Of a stretch of 64,000 nucleotides of DNA, positions 43,610-55,533 are shown in pieces. The position numbers were made by a program, and so were the translations under genes. Within the stretch, counting starts at the first letter, position 1, and every line of letters begins with the position of its first letter. The stretch is taken from positions 64,001-128,000 of the forward strand of contig CAWJZV010000015.1 in the NCBI GenBank assembly GCA_963847445.1. Reading direction: 5' to 3'. Below the pieces are notes generated by a model, which saw only the letters and a list, made by a program, of their open reading frames with translations, made no database searches and was not told where the DNA came from. Source of the DNA: an uncultured delta proteobacterium (GTDB taxonomy: Bacteria > Desulfobacterota > Binatia > UBA9968).

Positions 43610-43691
43610 TGGAGTGATGGAGTGTTGGAGTACTGGAGCATTGGGTTTATCCGGACCCATCACTCCACCACTCCAGAACTCCATCACTCCA
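43610..43691. repeat. Inverted TGGAG octamer arrays (same family as 33274)
   Basis: tggagtga tggagtgt tggagtac tggagcat tgggt ... accca tcactcca ccactcca gaactcca tcactcca. Confidence 0.92.
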
Positions 43692-43697
43692 ATGTTT

Positions 43698-44688
43698 CTA
43701 TTTCGACGGATATCGCTTGGCCATTTCGTTAAAGAAACCATCTTTCTCCATCTCCTGGAGAAAACAAAGGTCGACGAACTGTTCGGGCTTGAAATTCTTC
43801 GCGTTGGGCAGGGTGGGTGCCAGGACGTCGAGCATGAATTGAATGCCTTTCAAGGTTGGATAAGGTTTCTTCGGGATCGTCTTGATGTAGCCGTTGTAGG
43901 ATTCCTCAAGCACCGCCGGGTCGTTGGTGCGCATGTATTTGGCGAAGACTTTTTGCGTCGCCGCCTTGTTGCCGTAAACGAAATAGATCGCCTCGACGAA
44001 GCCGCGCAGCGCGCTGCGCACCGTATCGCGATTGCTGGCGATATAGGCGCGCGAGGTGGCGAAGCCGTTGCCTTGAACCTCGACGCCGAGATCGCCGATG
44101 GAAACATGTTCGACCAGACCGGCGCGGCGCCCCAGCGGCGCCGCCGACGAGGACAGGTAGGTCGCATCGATCACACCGGACTGCACCGAGGCGATGCGCT
44201 CGGTATCGAGGCCGGCGGGTATCAGGGTGAATTCTTTAAGGTCTACGCCGAGGTGGCGGGCGAGGATGATCGAAGCGTAATGGGTTGCCGAGTTGAAGCC
44301 GGTGATGCCGATGCTTTTTGCCTTTGAGTTGTTCCAGCTGGGTGATCCCCGGACGGGAAAACACGATCAGGTCGTACTTGGTTTCGACCGCGGCGGTGAG
44401 CACGAGATTGTGACCCTGAATGGTCGCCTGGACCACGGTGCCGATATTGACGATCGGCGGATCGCCGCTGACCAGCGCCTGGGTCGCCACCTGGCCGCCG
44501 CGAAACAAGATCGGCTCGACTTCTAAACCGTATTTGGCGAATAACCCCATCTCTCGCGCGACCCAGACATTGCTCTGGCGAAAGCTCAAAGACGGGTAGC
44601 CGATCTTGATCTTCTTGAGTGTCTGCGCTTGCGCGGAGGAGAGTGGGAATAGGACAGATAAGAGGCATATGACCAATAGTTTTTTCAT
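43698..44688 (-). CDS. ABC substrate-binding protein (NMT1-like), frameshifted; tandem paralogue
   Basis: GYPSLSFRQSNVWVARE...KKPYPTLKGIQ. Confidence 0.88.
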
Positions 44689-44695
44689 AGCTGGT

Positions 44696-45704
44696 CTACT
44701 TGCTCGGATAGCGTTTCGCCATTTCATTGAAGAAGCCTTCCTTTTCGAGTTCTTGTAAAAAGCTCAGATCGACGAACTGTTCGGGCTTGGCATTTTTCGC
44801 CTGGGGTAGTTGCGGCGCGACCAGGTCGAGCATGTATTGGATGCCCTTGAGCGTGGGGTAGGGCTTCTTGGGAATCCACTTGATGTAGCCATTGTAAGAA
44901 TCTTCGAGCATCTCTTGATCGTTGGTGCGCATGTATTTGGCGAAAACCCGTTGCGCCTCCTTTTTGTTGGCGTAGACAAAGTAAATCGCTTCGACGAAAC
45001 CTTTGAGCGCATTTTTCACCGTGTCACGATTGCTCGCAATATAACCGCGCGACGTGGCAAAGCCGTTGCCTTGCACTTCAACCCCCAAATCGGCCACCGA
45101 GAATAGCTCGTTGAAGCCATTCTTTCGTGCCGGCGCTGCCGCTGAAGAGGTGAAGAATGTCGCATCGATCCGTCCCGCCATCATCGCCCCCATCCGTTCC
45201 GCGTCCGGTCCAGTGGGAACCAGCACGATATCCTTGTTGATCTCCAGATTGAGGTGCTGAAATAGGATATTGGCGGCGTTATGGGTCGCCGAGCCGTAGC
45301 CGCTGATGCCGAATTTCTTGCCTTTGAGCTCTTCTAGTTTGTTAATGCCTTTGCGCGCGAAAACAATCTGATCGTACTTGGTTTCGACGGCGGCGACCAG
45401 CACCAGGTTGTAGCCTTGCAAGCTCGCTTGCACGACGGTGCCGATATTGACGATCGGCGGATCGCCGGCCACCAGCGCCTGGGTGGCCATCTGGCCGCCG
45501 CGCAGAAAGATCGGTTCGACTTCCAGTCCGTATTTGGTGAACAGGCCGACTTCCCGAGCGACCCAGACGTTGCTCTGGCGAAAGCTCAAAGACGGATAGC
45601 CGATGCGAATCTTCTTGAGCGGCTGGCGTTTGCGCGGCGGCATTCGCGGCCAGGGCCATTGCTAAGCATACTAATAGATTGATTGAACGTAATACTGTTT
45701 TCAT
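44696..45704 (-). CDS. ABC substrate-binding protein (NMT1-like); tandem paralogue
   Basis: GYPSLSFRQSNVWVARE, LKGKKFGISG; frameshift in the signal peptide. Confidence 0.88.
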
Positions 45705-46108
45705 ACGATTCGTTGCTGGGAATCCTTTCTCCAAGATTTTTCATTGTCATTTCATCGACGGTTGAAGCCGGCGAGCTTGGGCGCGACGCGAGCAGGGCGC
45801 GGCTGCAGACTCGCGATAATAAACGGCAGCGCCGGCAGGCGAATTTTGATGGTCTGCCAGCTCGACAAGCGCATGGACTGACCGAGCCGCAGACCGGGTC
45901 GAGCATGAGCAGTTCGTTTTCCGCTAACGCGCGCGCTAGCGTTCCCAAGCGCGATGCCGGCGAATAGGAATGCGCAGGACTTCCTCGAGGGTGGCCGATG
46001 ATCGTCATTGCTAATTTACTCGCCGAGGATGAAAGATCGAGGATCGTAAATCCGCTCATCTCGCGACATCCCAACTTTTTCTTACTAATTGCGAACGGCG
46101 CGGCGCCG

Positions 46109-48619
46109 TCAGCGATAAAGTTCCGGGTCCGAGCCGCTATCGACGCCGGTACGGATGCGCGGATAGACCGAGACGCCGCCGGGGCGGCCTTGGACCATGA
46201 AGTCGACGGGGATGAAGCCTTGCAAGAGCGGTATAGGGAATTGTACGCCGCCATAGGGCGCGCCCTGATCGGTGCCCAGCGCCAACTGGCTGCCGCCAAA
46301 GCCGGTGGGCAGAGCGCCGGTCATGCTAAAGCGGCTGGCCGATATGCTGCCCTGAATCGGCGGTAGTTGATATTGGCTGCCGGGATTGCGTTCGTTTTCG
46401 GTGATCAGCTCGGCATCGAGCACCCGGCGATAGGACGAGCCGCCGGCTTCGCGGATCAAGGTGAAGGTCGCGTCTTCGCGCTCGTCGGCGGATTGGCCGC
46501 GGCGTTCGCGTTCGCCACGGACGATCGCGCTTGGCACGTTCCTGATGCCGCCGACGCTGTCTTTGCCGCGCTGGTTGGCATCGGCGGCGGCGACTTGCTG
46601 GTTTTTTTCACGCAGGGCGACGTAGAAACGCTCGGTGGCCGCTTTGGTCAGACGATGGTTTTGGCTGCGCACGCCCCAAGGGGTCTGGTAGTAAACCATC
46701 AGGTCGTTGTCATTGAGCAAAATCGCGCCCCGTTCGGCGATCTCCATGTTGCGCGGATTACCGTCGAACAGGGACGCCTTGAGCGCCAAGCCTTGGGGAC
46801 CCCGGATCTCCGGATGCTCCAGTAGGAATTGCTTGCTCATGCGCATGCCTTGGTTTTCATCTTTGGCGAGCGCGGCGAGCTTCTTGGTTGCTTCGGCGGC
46901 GGCGCTGGAGTCGGGATGATAATCGACCACCGCCTTCAAATAATTTTCCTGGCTGCTGCGGGATCTCGACTTGCTGGCGGCGTTTAACAAGGCGCGGGCG
47001 GCTTTGTCATTGAGGGCGTCGAGTTTTTCTTTAGGCGAACCGGCAAGCTCGTGATAGGTGAGAGCGCGATCGATCAGGCCGCGCTCTTCATAGGCGTCGG
47101 CGAGCACACGATAAACTTCGCTGGCGTTTTCCGATTTGGGATGGCTGCGCACATAGGCGACGCCGGCGTCGATCACCGGCTGCGCCGAGATCGGGTTGTT
47201 GGTCATGACTTGAAATAGATTTCTGCTCCACATCAAGGCGTTGGCCATGCCTAATGTCGCGGCGCCGCCGGGACCGGCGGCGGCCATGGCGCCGGCGGCG
47301 AACAGCATATTCTTGCGCAGGAAGTCTTCGCCAAGCAGAACGTATTTTACCGACTCCAGCTGCCGCTCGGTGCGGGCATCGTGAAAGGTCGCCAGCCGAT
47401 TGTAGTCGGGGCTTCGCAGTAGGACGTTGGCGCGCTCTTTGGCTGCCGGTGTCGTCGCCTTACGGGCGTTTTGCTCAACGGCTTTGCGCGCCGCTTCGTG
47501 CCATCCCTTCATTTCCAAGGCGACGGCTTCGGCGTCGCGGGCGGCGTCGGCAAGCGGCTTGCCGGGATGTTTTTTCTCGGTGTCGATGGCGACCCTTTGG
47601 ATCAAAATGGTATCGCGCAGGGACAAGGCTGCCAAAAGTTTTTCCGCGTCGGCTTGTTGCTCTGGGCTCAAGTTTTCTTCTTGGCGCGCTTTGAGGGATT
47701 TTTGGCGGACGGCTTGGCGTTCGCCCAGGAGCTGAGCGCTCTGTTGGCGCAACTTCGCGGCATCCTGCGACTGGGGATCGAAGAAGCCCGCCACTTGGGC
47801 ATGAAACAGCGCCCGGTCTTCGTCGCCTTTGTTCAAGGCCTCTTTCGCCTTGGCGAGCTGCTTGGCGACCAGGACGGCACGTTTTTTCTTGTCGAGAGCG
47901 TCGACCTGTTTGCGCACCTGCGGGTTTTTGGGATCGTCGGGATAGCGCTTCAAATGATCGAGGTCGCGGGCCAGGGCGCGCCGCTCTTCCATGGGCATGT
48001 CGCGATCCATCAGGGCGTACAGCTGGCTGATGGCGGTTTCGGCGGCGGCGCCGATGTAATTGCCCGACGCGACGCCGACGAGGTCGACGGAATTCAACAA
48101 GCGATTGACCATGCCGCCCCAAAAATTGGTCGAGCTCCGGCGCATGAGCTGCTCAGACTGAAAGTGATCGTCGCGGTTGAGCACCGATTCCAGATATTTT
48201 TTCCGCTCCGGCGACGAAGCGTTGCGCAGCGCCTCACGGTACGCCGCTAGATTCTTCTCGCGGTCTTGAATCGTGTTGTTGACCAGATCCTGGGCTCGCT
48301 CGGTTAGACCAGTGCTGCCGCGCCGCTCCTTCTGCAGCCGGGTGTCTTCATTCTTCAAAAATGTGAGATGATCGCTCAAGGCCGGGTTGCGATAGGTCAA
48401 GGTATCGATCAGCAATTCGCGCACCCGTTTATCGACCGCGTCGGGGAAGAACTGCGGCGCGCTGGCCGGCGTCTCAAAGGGGTCATAGTCGGGCATCGGG
48501 TTCAAGATTCTTTCCAAGTCCAACTCGCGTGTTTGAGCCTGGCCCACGGCTGGAACGCCGGTCAAGCTCAAGGCGGCAATCAGCGCGGCGGTAATTAGGC
48601 GGGTTCTATGAAATCTCAT
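46109..48619 (-). CDS. Large secreted helical-repeat (TPR-like) hypothetical protein
   Basis: Intact 836-aa ORF, signal peptide, TPR-like segments, beta-rich C-terminus. Confidence 0.8.
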   Translation of the reverse strand: MRFHRTRLITAALIAALSLTGVPAVGQAQTRELDLERILNPMPDYDPFETPASAPQFFPDAVDKRVRELLIDTLTYRNPALSDHLTFLKNEDTRLQKERRGSTGLTERAQDLVNNTIQDREKNLAAYREALRNASSPERKKYLESVLNRDDHFQSEQLMRRSSTNFWGGMVNRLLNSVDLVGVASGNYIGAAAETAISQLYALMDRDMPMEERRALARDLDHLKRYPDDPKNPQVRKQVDALDKKKRAVLVAKQLAKAKEALNKGDEDRALFHAQVAGFFDPQSQDAAKLRQQSAQLLGERQAVRQKSLKARQEENLSPEQQADAEKLLAALSLRDTILIQRVAIDTEKKHPGKPLADAARDAEAVALEMKGWHEAARKAVEQNARKATTPAAKERANVLLRSPDYNRLATFHDARTERQLESVKYVLLGEDFLRKNMLFAAGAMAAAGPGGAATLGMANALMWSRNLFQVMTNNPISAQPVIDAGVAYVRSHPKSENASEVYRVLADAYEERGLIDRALTYHELAGSPKEKLDALNDKAARALLNAASKSRSRSSQENYLKAVVDYHPDSSAAAEATKKLAALAKDENQGMRMSKQFLLEHPEIRGPQGLALKASLFDGNPRNMEIAERGAILLNDNDLMVYYQTPWGVRSQNHRLTKAATERFYVALREKNQQVAAADANQRGKDSVGGIRNVPSAIVRGERERRGQSADEREDATFTLIREAGGSSYRRVLDAELITENERNPGSQYQLPPIQGSISASRFSMTGALPTGFGGSQLALGTDQGAPYGGVQFPIPLLQGFIPVDFMVQGRPGGVSVYPRIRTGVDSGSDPELYR

Positions 48620-49542
48620 CGATTGAGTCTCGTGAGCTTTTCCAAGTAGCCCCGGGTGGCTTCGATCTTCGCTTGGGCTTCAAGTTTCTCCATCACGCCG
48701 TCGGTTTGCGCGACCTCGCTGTAAAACTTCAGCGCGGCTTTGGCGAATTGATCTAACAGGTTTAAATCGAACGCTAACCCCTCGGGATCGTACTGGGCGG
48801 CATAGTCTTTTGCAAGTATCATGTAGAAGTCGCCGAAGTCGAGAAGATAGCGCTGATAGTTCTTGCTTTGTTGATGTTTGGTGATCAATTGGCTATAGCC
48901 CAGGATCGTCAATTGGTTGCCTTCCTTCAAGCGAAGGCGGTTGGCTTCGACGAAGGCGACCTTGGCGCGGTCGATGCGTTCTTCTTCGACGCGCGCGAGA
49001 AATTCGTAGGGCGTGCCTGAATGTTTCTTGATCAGGCCGTTCCAGGCCGCTACTTTCTCGTCGAGGCCAGCGATGTATTTGAATGGATCGTCGGTGGGGA
49101 TCGTGCGGTCGAAGATGCGCAGGAAGTTGTCCAAGATCTCGGCATTCTTGGCCGCTTCGCTGCCCAAGCGGCCCTCGGTTTCGGCGACTTTGCGATAGAG
49201 CGCGGCGGCTTGGTCGTATTCGCGCAAACGTTCCAGCGCGAGCGCCCGGTTGTATTGAACGATGTCGGTAAACTGGCCGCGGTTTTTGGTTTCGTAGTCC
49301 TGCAGGCGGGTCAATGTCGCCTTCATGATGTTGATACCGGTGACATCTTTGGGAATGGCAAACCGGTAGGTGTCTTCCTTGGCCAGGCGCTGAAAGTCTC
49401 GGACGATGTCGAGCAGATCGCCCGCCGGCATATAGCGCCCATCCGGTGCGGCGGCTTGAACAGAGTGTGCTATGGGCAAAGCGACGAGGCAGACGACCAG
49501 GAGTCGAACCAGCGGCAGAAAGTTTAGTTTAGCGATTGCCAA
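48616..49542 (-). CDS. Secreted TPR-like hypothetical protein
   Basis: Signal peptide, YNRALALERLREYDQAAALYRKV; 4-bp overlap with the next gene. Confidence 0.8.
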   Translation of the reverse strand: MAIAKLNFLPLVRLLVVCLVALPIAHSVQAAAPDGRYMPAGDLLDIVRDFQRLAKEDTYRFAIPKDVTGINIMKATLTRLQDYETKNRGQFTDIVQYNRALALERLREYDQAAALYRKVAETEGRLGSEAAKNAEILDNFLRIFDRTIPTDDPFKYIAGLDEKVAAWNGLIKKHSGTPYEFLARVEEERIDRAKVAFVEANRLRLKEGNQLTILGYSQLITKHQQSKNYQRYLLDFGDFYMILAKDYAAQYDPEGLAFDLNLLDQFAKAALKFYSEVAQTDGVMEKLEAQAKIEATRGYLEKLTRLNR

Positions 49543-49698
49543 AAGCGTAACTTCGCCAAGGGGCTTGGTGAAAATTTCTTGAAGAGCGATGACAAATCTC
49601 GGACTTGGGCTATTTTCCGAGAAAATCCCTTTAAGTCAAGCTACGATCGATCGCTTTGTGCGCTTGACCAATTCTCTGAAGCCTATTACCCATAGATC

Positions 49699-50890
49699 AT
49701 GGCAACGACGACGCGGCGCACGCTATTAGCTTTGGCAATCCTGGTTCACTTGGCCGGTTGCGCTGAACGGGTCTTCGAACCGGCGCGTCCGGTGACCCGG
49801 CCAGTGCCGGTCGCGCCGCCAGCGCCGCCGCCGTTGCCCGAGTATCGCGGTCCGGCGACACGATCGTTCTTGATGGGATTCACGCGCTGGCCCGCTGATC
49901 TGACCCGTGAAGGCGTCACAATCGCCGAGAATTATGCGTATGCCCATGGCGATATTGTCTCGGTGACGTTTATCGGCGGCATCCCATGGTCCGAAGCGTT
50001 GGACGGCAAGCCCTATCCCCAAGATGTGCAGGAGAATCTGAAATACCGGCCGCCGGCGGGAAAGAAACTCTTTTTGTCGATCTCGCCTTTGGATAAAGAC
50101 CGCCGTGGCTTGGCGCCCTACTGGGGCGAGACCGATAATCAGCCATTACCGTCGCCGTGGAACCGCGAGCCGCTCAACAGCGCCCGGGTCAAGCGTGCCT
50201 ATCTTAACTTCGTCCTGCGCGCAGTCGAGACCATGCGGCCGGACTTTCTCGCCATCGGCGTCGAGGCCAACGTGCTGTTGTCGCGCGACCTGCTCAAGTG
50301 GGAGCAGTTCAAAGAGCTGTATCGCGAAACCTACCGTGCGGTGAAGAAAGCGCATAAGGCGCTGCCGGTGTTTTTCACCACTGACGTGTTGCACTACAAA
50401 CGTTTGGCGCGGGACGCCCGCGGCACTCAGCAAGAAAAAGAAGTGATGGAACTCATGCGTTTCAGCGATTTGTTCGCCATGAGCGTCTATCCGCATATGA
50501 GTGCGGACGTACCCCGGCCGGTGCCGGCAAACTTTTTCGACTTCGCTACCCGATTCAAACGGTCGGTGGCGGTGGCCGAGAGCGGTATGTCGGCGCAGGA
50601 TATCGAGCTGCGCAGCTACGCGACCCAGCTGCGCGGCTCCGAGGCCGACCAGTATCATTTCACCGAGCTGCATGCTCAAAACCGCCGCGCGGGATTACTA
50701 TGAATTCGTCATCAACTTCGCCAGCACAGATTTCGAACGGTTGGTCGCCCGGCTTCAGCCGCCCCTCGACGATCTCGCGCGCATTTGGGCGTACACCGGG
50801 ATGCAGACCAGCGACAAGCGGCCCAAGTCTGCGTCGGCGGTATGGGATGGATTCTTGCGTGCCAAGTATGTGCCTGCGAAGTGGTGGTGA
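49699..50890 (+). CDS. Lipoprotein with putative glycoside-hydrolase-like TIM barrel, 3' frameshift
   Basis: Lipobox LAGC, Pro-rich linker, PDFLAIGVEAN, SVYP, AVAESG. Confidence 0.65.
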
Positions 50891-50907
50891 TCCTCGCTGG
50901 CGCTCGG

Positions 50908-50939
50908 AATTTCAAATTACAAATTGCAGATTTCAAACT
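50908..50939. repeat. Solo heptamer arm of the AATTNCA family
   Basis: aatttca aattaca aattgca gatttca aact. Confidence 0.8.
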
Positions 50940-50997
50940 TGGGACGTGGGTAGCTGCGCGTACCCGAAGAGTGCCGACCGAATCGCGAGCCCATCGG

Positions 50998-51327
50998 TTA
51001 CGTCGTGATCAGTGAATAGAACAGCACCAACTCCGCAGTCTTGCCCGCCGCGAAATCATGGGGTGTGCCTTTCGGAATATGACAGACGACTCCGGGCCGC
51101 AGTGGAATCCGTTTCCCATTCACGCGCAGGCGGCCGCTGCCTTTGATGACATGACAGACGACGTCTTTGTCGTCGTGGTTGATCTGTTTTCGATCTGAGT
51201 TTTTGGTCGGGCGGAAGGCGATCAGACCGCTGGTGAATTTTTCTTCCTTGAAACAGTCGGCGTAGCGGATCTCGTCGGTGATTTTCTTGAGGCCTTTGAG
51301 GGCCTGGTTAATTTTGATGATTTTCAT
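50998..51327 (-). CDS. Cupin domain protein
   Basis: H..KDVVCHVIKGSG, IPKGTPHDF. Confidence 0.8.
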   Translation of the reverse strand: MKIIKINQALKGLKKITDEIRYADCFKEEKFTSGLIAFRPTKNSDRKQINHDDKDVVCHVIKGSGRLRVNGKRIPLRPGVVCHIPKGTPHDFAAGKTAELVLFYSLITT

Positions 51328-51361
51328 TGAATCAAGCCAGTGGCAGCGGCCATGCAAGGGA

Positions 51362-51423
51362 GGGCGAATGCCATTCGCCCCTACAATCCAATCTTATTGC
51401 GGATTTTGCGTTCTTTGCGGCTA
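51362..51423. repeat. REP-like palindrome plus CTTTGCG arm
   Basis: gggcgaatgccattcgcccctac (GTAG on the minus strand); ttttgcgttctttgcggcta. Confidence 0.75.
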
Positions 51424-52390
51424 ATTCTCTAGTTTCGATCCTACTTCGGTCACCGCGGCCAATATTTCTTTGATCGCTTGCTCGGCTTGGTCGTTGGGCA
51501 CTCGGCTGGAGCCGACGACTTTGTGGCCGCCGCCGCCGTAGTTGTTAAGCAGCTCGCCGACGTTCACGTTCGATGTCGGGTTGAAGATGTTGTAACCCAC
51601 CGAGATCGACGTGGTGTTGGCGCGCTGGCTGTCGTGGGCGACTTTGACCTGGATGTTGCCTTTGGGAAACAGCGTGAAGACTAAGAAACGGTTGCCGTCG
51701 GGGATTTCTTTGACGCCGCGCAGGTCGCAGTAGATCACGTTGCCTTTGTAGCTAGTGCGTTGGAGCAGCAATTGACGCAGTTTTTCCTGTTCTTCTTGGA
51801 TGCGCTGGCAACGCTGCTTGATGTCGGGGTCGCGCAAAACTTCTTCCAACGTCGCGTCGCGCAGTAGATTGATGACCTTCAACCAGTAGGGTTCGTCGCC
51901 GGCGTTCCTGACCGTCGGTGGTCATGGAGAGGAGCACGTAGCCCTGCGGGTTGAGCACGTCTTCCTGTTCCAATTTTCCGGCGTCCACTCGGTCGACCTC
52001 GTGCATAAGATGCTGCATGCGCGCTGTGCCGAGAAACTGCGCGATCTCTTCCGGTGTATTCCGGTTGCCAGTTGCCTGCTGCCTATTGCCTACTTCTTCA
52101 TAGTATTCGTAGACCACCCGCGCCGCGCTGGGCGCTAAACGAAAGCCGCCGCGGCCGAGAATGATCGGCGTTGCAAAATTGGGCGTGGTGTTGGTGATGT
52201 GATGGTCGAACCAGAGGGTGCAGTTGGGGTGGTAGGGGAGATTGGTAATGATGTCGCCGCGGCGAATCTCGACCAAACCATCCTGCATGAACTTGGGCTC
52301 GACGTAGAGATAGTCGTCGATTTTTTCGAATTTCGTGACGAGTGCGCCGCACACTAGGCCGTCGAAGTCGGCGCGAGTGACGAGTCTCAT
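51421..52390 (-). CDS. DHH-family phosphoesterase (exopolyphosphatase-related), frameshifted
   Basis: RLVTRADFDGLVC, PKFMQDG, NLPY, FDHH, PSAARVV, YGGGGH. Confidence 0.85.
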
Positions 52391-53503
52391 CGAATCACCT
52401 CGTCCAACGGCGTGAAGGGAAGGTTTAACGCGCTGGCGACACCCTCGTAGGTGACTTTGCCGTCGACGGTGTTCAAGCCTTTGGCCAACGCTTTGTTTCT
52501 GACCAGCGCTTGGGGAAAACCGCGGTTGGCGAGTTCGAGGCCGTAGGTCAGGGTCGAATTGGTTAGCGCGTAGGTCGAGGTATTCGGCACGATCGCGGGC
52601 ATGTTGGTCACGCAGTAGTGGACCAGTTCTTCCTCGACGTAGATCGGATCGCCATGCGTGGTCGGCCGCGAAGTCTCGGCGCAGCCGCCTTGATCGATGG
52701 CGATGTCGACGAACGCCGCGCCGGGCTTCATCCGTCTCGACCAAGGCGCGCGGAATGAGCTTCGGCGCCTGGGCGCCGGGGATCAAGACTGAACCGATGA
52801 CGAGGTCGGCGTCGACCACCGCTTCTTCGACATTGGCGCGGTTGGACATCAATGTGGTCACATGGCCGCCCAGGATGTCGTGGACGTAGCGCAGTTTGGT
52901 TGGATTGATATCGAGAATGCTCACATAGGCGCCCATGCCGGCGGCGACTTGGCAGGCCGCGGTGCCGGACATGCCGGCACCGATAATGACAACATTGGCC
53001 GGACGCACGCCCGAAGCGCCGCCGAGCAGAATGCCGCGCCCGCCGTTCTCCGCCTGCAAGCACCAGGCACCGACTTGAATCGATAACCGGCCGGCGATCT
53101 CGCTCATGGGCGCGAGCAACGGCAGCGAGCCGTCGTCCAGCTGAATGGTCTCGTAGGCGATGGCGGTGACTTTGCGCTCGAGCAGGGCGCGAGTGACGGA
53201 CTCGGCGGCGGCGAGATGGAGGTAAGTAAATAGAATCAGACCTGGACGCAGCAAAGGAAACTCGGATTCCTGGGGCTCCTTGACCTTCATGATCATGTCG
53301 GCCTTGTCCCAGACTTCCTTCGCCGTGGCGACGATGCTGGCGCCGGCTGCTTGGTAAGCGGCATCAGTCAATCCACTGCCGTTGCCGGCGCCTTGCTCGA
53401 TCAACACTTTGTGATTTCGTGCAACGAATCCAGCCACGCCCGTCGGAGTGACGGCGACCCGGTTCTCTTCGGTTTTGATTTCTTTAGGGACGCCGATGAT
53501 CAT
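52387..53503 (-). CDS. ald: Alanine dehydrogenase, frameshifted
   Basis: GVPKEIK..ENRV, KVKEP, FTYLHLA, LAPMSEIAG, IAIDQGGC, HYCVTNMP. Confidence 0.95.
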
Positions 53504-53548
53504 GCGTAAAGGCTACGCGAAGGACCAGAAAAAGGCAAAAGTAAAAAC

Positions 53549-53603
53549 AGAGTGATGGAGTACTGGCGAGGTTGGGTGCGAGAGCATTCACTCCACTACT
53601 CGA
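53549..53603. repeat. Degenerate TGGAG octamer element
   Basis: agagtga tggagtac tggcgaggt tgggt ... ttcactcca ctactcga. Confidence 0.6.
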
Positions 53604-53619
53604 AACCGCCGTCACCGAT

Positions 53620-53979
53620 TCAGCGACCAGATGAGGATCGCCCAGCCGGCCAGAAACGCCAGGCCGCCGATGGGGGTGACGGCGCCGAGCCAGCGCATGC
53701 TCGGTGAAGCTCAGTAGATAGAGGCTGCCGGAGAAGATGACGATGCCGGCGATGAAGCACCAGCCGGCGGCGTTGAGGTTGGCGTCGGGCCAACGGCTGG
53801 TCGCCCACGCCACGGCGAGCAGTGCTGAGTGCATGGTACATCTGGTAGCGCACGCCGACTTCGAAGATGCTGAGCATATCCGCCGAGATTTTGGTCTTGA
53901 GCGAGTGGGCGCCAAAGGCCCCTAGGGCGACGGCGATAAACGCGGCGATGGCACCGGCGCTGAAGAAGAAGCGATCCAT
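53620..53979 (-). CDS. DUF423 membrane protein (YgdD-like), frameshifted
   Basis: [30 protein letters not shown]. Confidence 0.88.
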   Translation of the reverse strand: MDRFFFSAGAIAAFIAVALGAFGAHSLKTKISADMLSIFEVGVRYQMYHALSTARRGVGDQPLARRQPQRRRLVLHRRHRHLLRQPLSTELHRACAGSAPSPPSAAWRFWPAGRSSSGR

Positions 53980-54037
53980 GGTTAGTCGTGCTCGTGGCTC
54001 GTGGGTGTGATCGTATTCGCAATGCGCGGTTGTTCGT

Positions 54038-55511
54038 CTATGCAGCTTGCGCGCTGCGATTCAGTGACACCACCATCTCGCCTTTTTGAATGACGATCTG
54101 GCGGTAATCTTTGCGTTGGCTGAGCGCGTCGATCAACTTCACCAGCGGTTGGCTCGCGGTTAAATATTCCTTGGGCGCGCCGGCGGCTTTCATCTCTTCG
54201 ATTTCTTTCGCTTCGAGATTCCAGCGCAGGAGAAATTCTTCGTCGGAGATATTCTCCGCAGTTCATTTTTTTGCGCAGCTCGGCGACCGATGGCTCGGGC
54301 GGCGGCCGCTCGGCCCATTCCTTGGCGCGCGGGCGGTCGAGGATTTTCGCTTTGACTTCCGGCGCCATCAATTCGGCGCCTTCTTTGCCCCAGTAGCCGA
54401 GCGCGTACTGAATGATCTGATCGGTCACTTCTTTGTAGCGCTCGCCGACGATGACATTGATCGCCGCCTGGCTACCGACGAATTGCGACAGCGGCGTGAC
54501 CATGATCGGGTAGCCGAGCTCGGCGCGCACTTGCATGGTTTCTTCGAGCGCTTGCTCGATCTTGTTTTCCAAGCCGACTTTTTTCAGCTGGAAGCGCAGG
54601 TTGGAAATCATGCCGCCAGGGACTTGATGCTGGTACTGCGAATAGTCGTATTCGACAGGCGCGCCGATGGGAAAGCCTTCGCGCTTGGCGATGTAGGTGA
54701 AGTGGTCGGATACCGGCTTGAGCAGTTCCTCGTCGATGAGCGTCTTGTAGCCCAGGGCGCGCAGATTCTTGGCGACATTGAACAATGACGGATTGGACGA
54801 GCCGTCGGCCAGCGGCGGCAGCGCGGTGTTGACGATCTTGATGCCGAGCTTGACCGCTTCGAGGCAGCAAAGCGGACCGAGACCCGTCGTGCAATGGGTG
54901 TGCAACTCGACGGGAATGCCGTTGGCATTGGCGAAGACGATCGGCACCAAGGTTTGCACCCGTTCCGGCGTGAGCAGGCCGCCGGGATCTTTGAGGCAAA
55001 GCCGATTCACCTTCAGCGACGCGGCTTGGCGCGTGCGCTCGGCGAAGTATGCGTCGGTGTGTTTGGGCGAAACGGAGTAAATGATGTTCAGCACCGGATT
55101 GATGCCGACGTCACGAGAAACCTTGGTTTTCCACTCCCAGCCTTCCAGCTCGTTCCACTCTTCCGAGATGCGCGCTTCGCGGATGCCGTTGGCGGCCATC
55201 CGCTCCATGAACAGGCCGTACATCGAGCGCGGCGTGATGTCGAAGGCGCTGAAGCGGCCGGCGTTCAGACGCAGCGGCGTATTCTTGATCCGTTGGCTGA
55301 CCAGCTTGACCCGTGCCCAGGGGTCTTCTTTCAATTCACGCACGCATTTTTTCAAATGCGAGCTGGAGATCAGTTCAATGGCATCGAAGCCGGCGCGATC
55401 CATCGCTTCGGCGACGGGCAACATCATGCCGGTGGTCATGCTTTCCGCCCACAGGCTTTGATGGCCGTCGCGGATGGTGGTGTCGACGAAGTGTATACCG
55501 TCAGTGGTCAT
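54038..55511 (-). CDS. Pyruvate carboxylase B / oxaloacetate decarboxylase alpha-like carboxyltransferase without biotinyl domain
   Basis: DTTIRDGHQSL, LKDPGGLL, ELHTH, HQVPGGM, GYPIMVTPLSQ. Confidence 0.85.
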
Positions 55512-55533
55512 GATGGAATTCGGGGAGTTTCAC

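Noticed and set aside
33274-43691. Short periodic repeats as CRISPR arrays
   Set aside because: Units are 7-9 nt with no unique 30-40 nt spacers, and there are no cas genes.
45705-46108. Possible gene or ncRNA in the gap after the 836-aa protein
   Set aside because: The overlapping ORFs look non-coding and no recognisable RNA motif was found.
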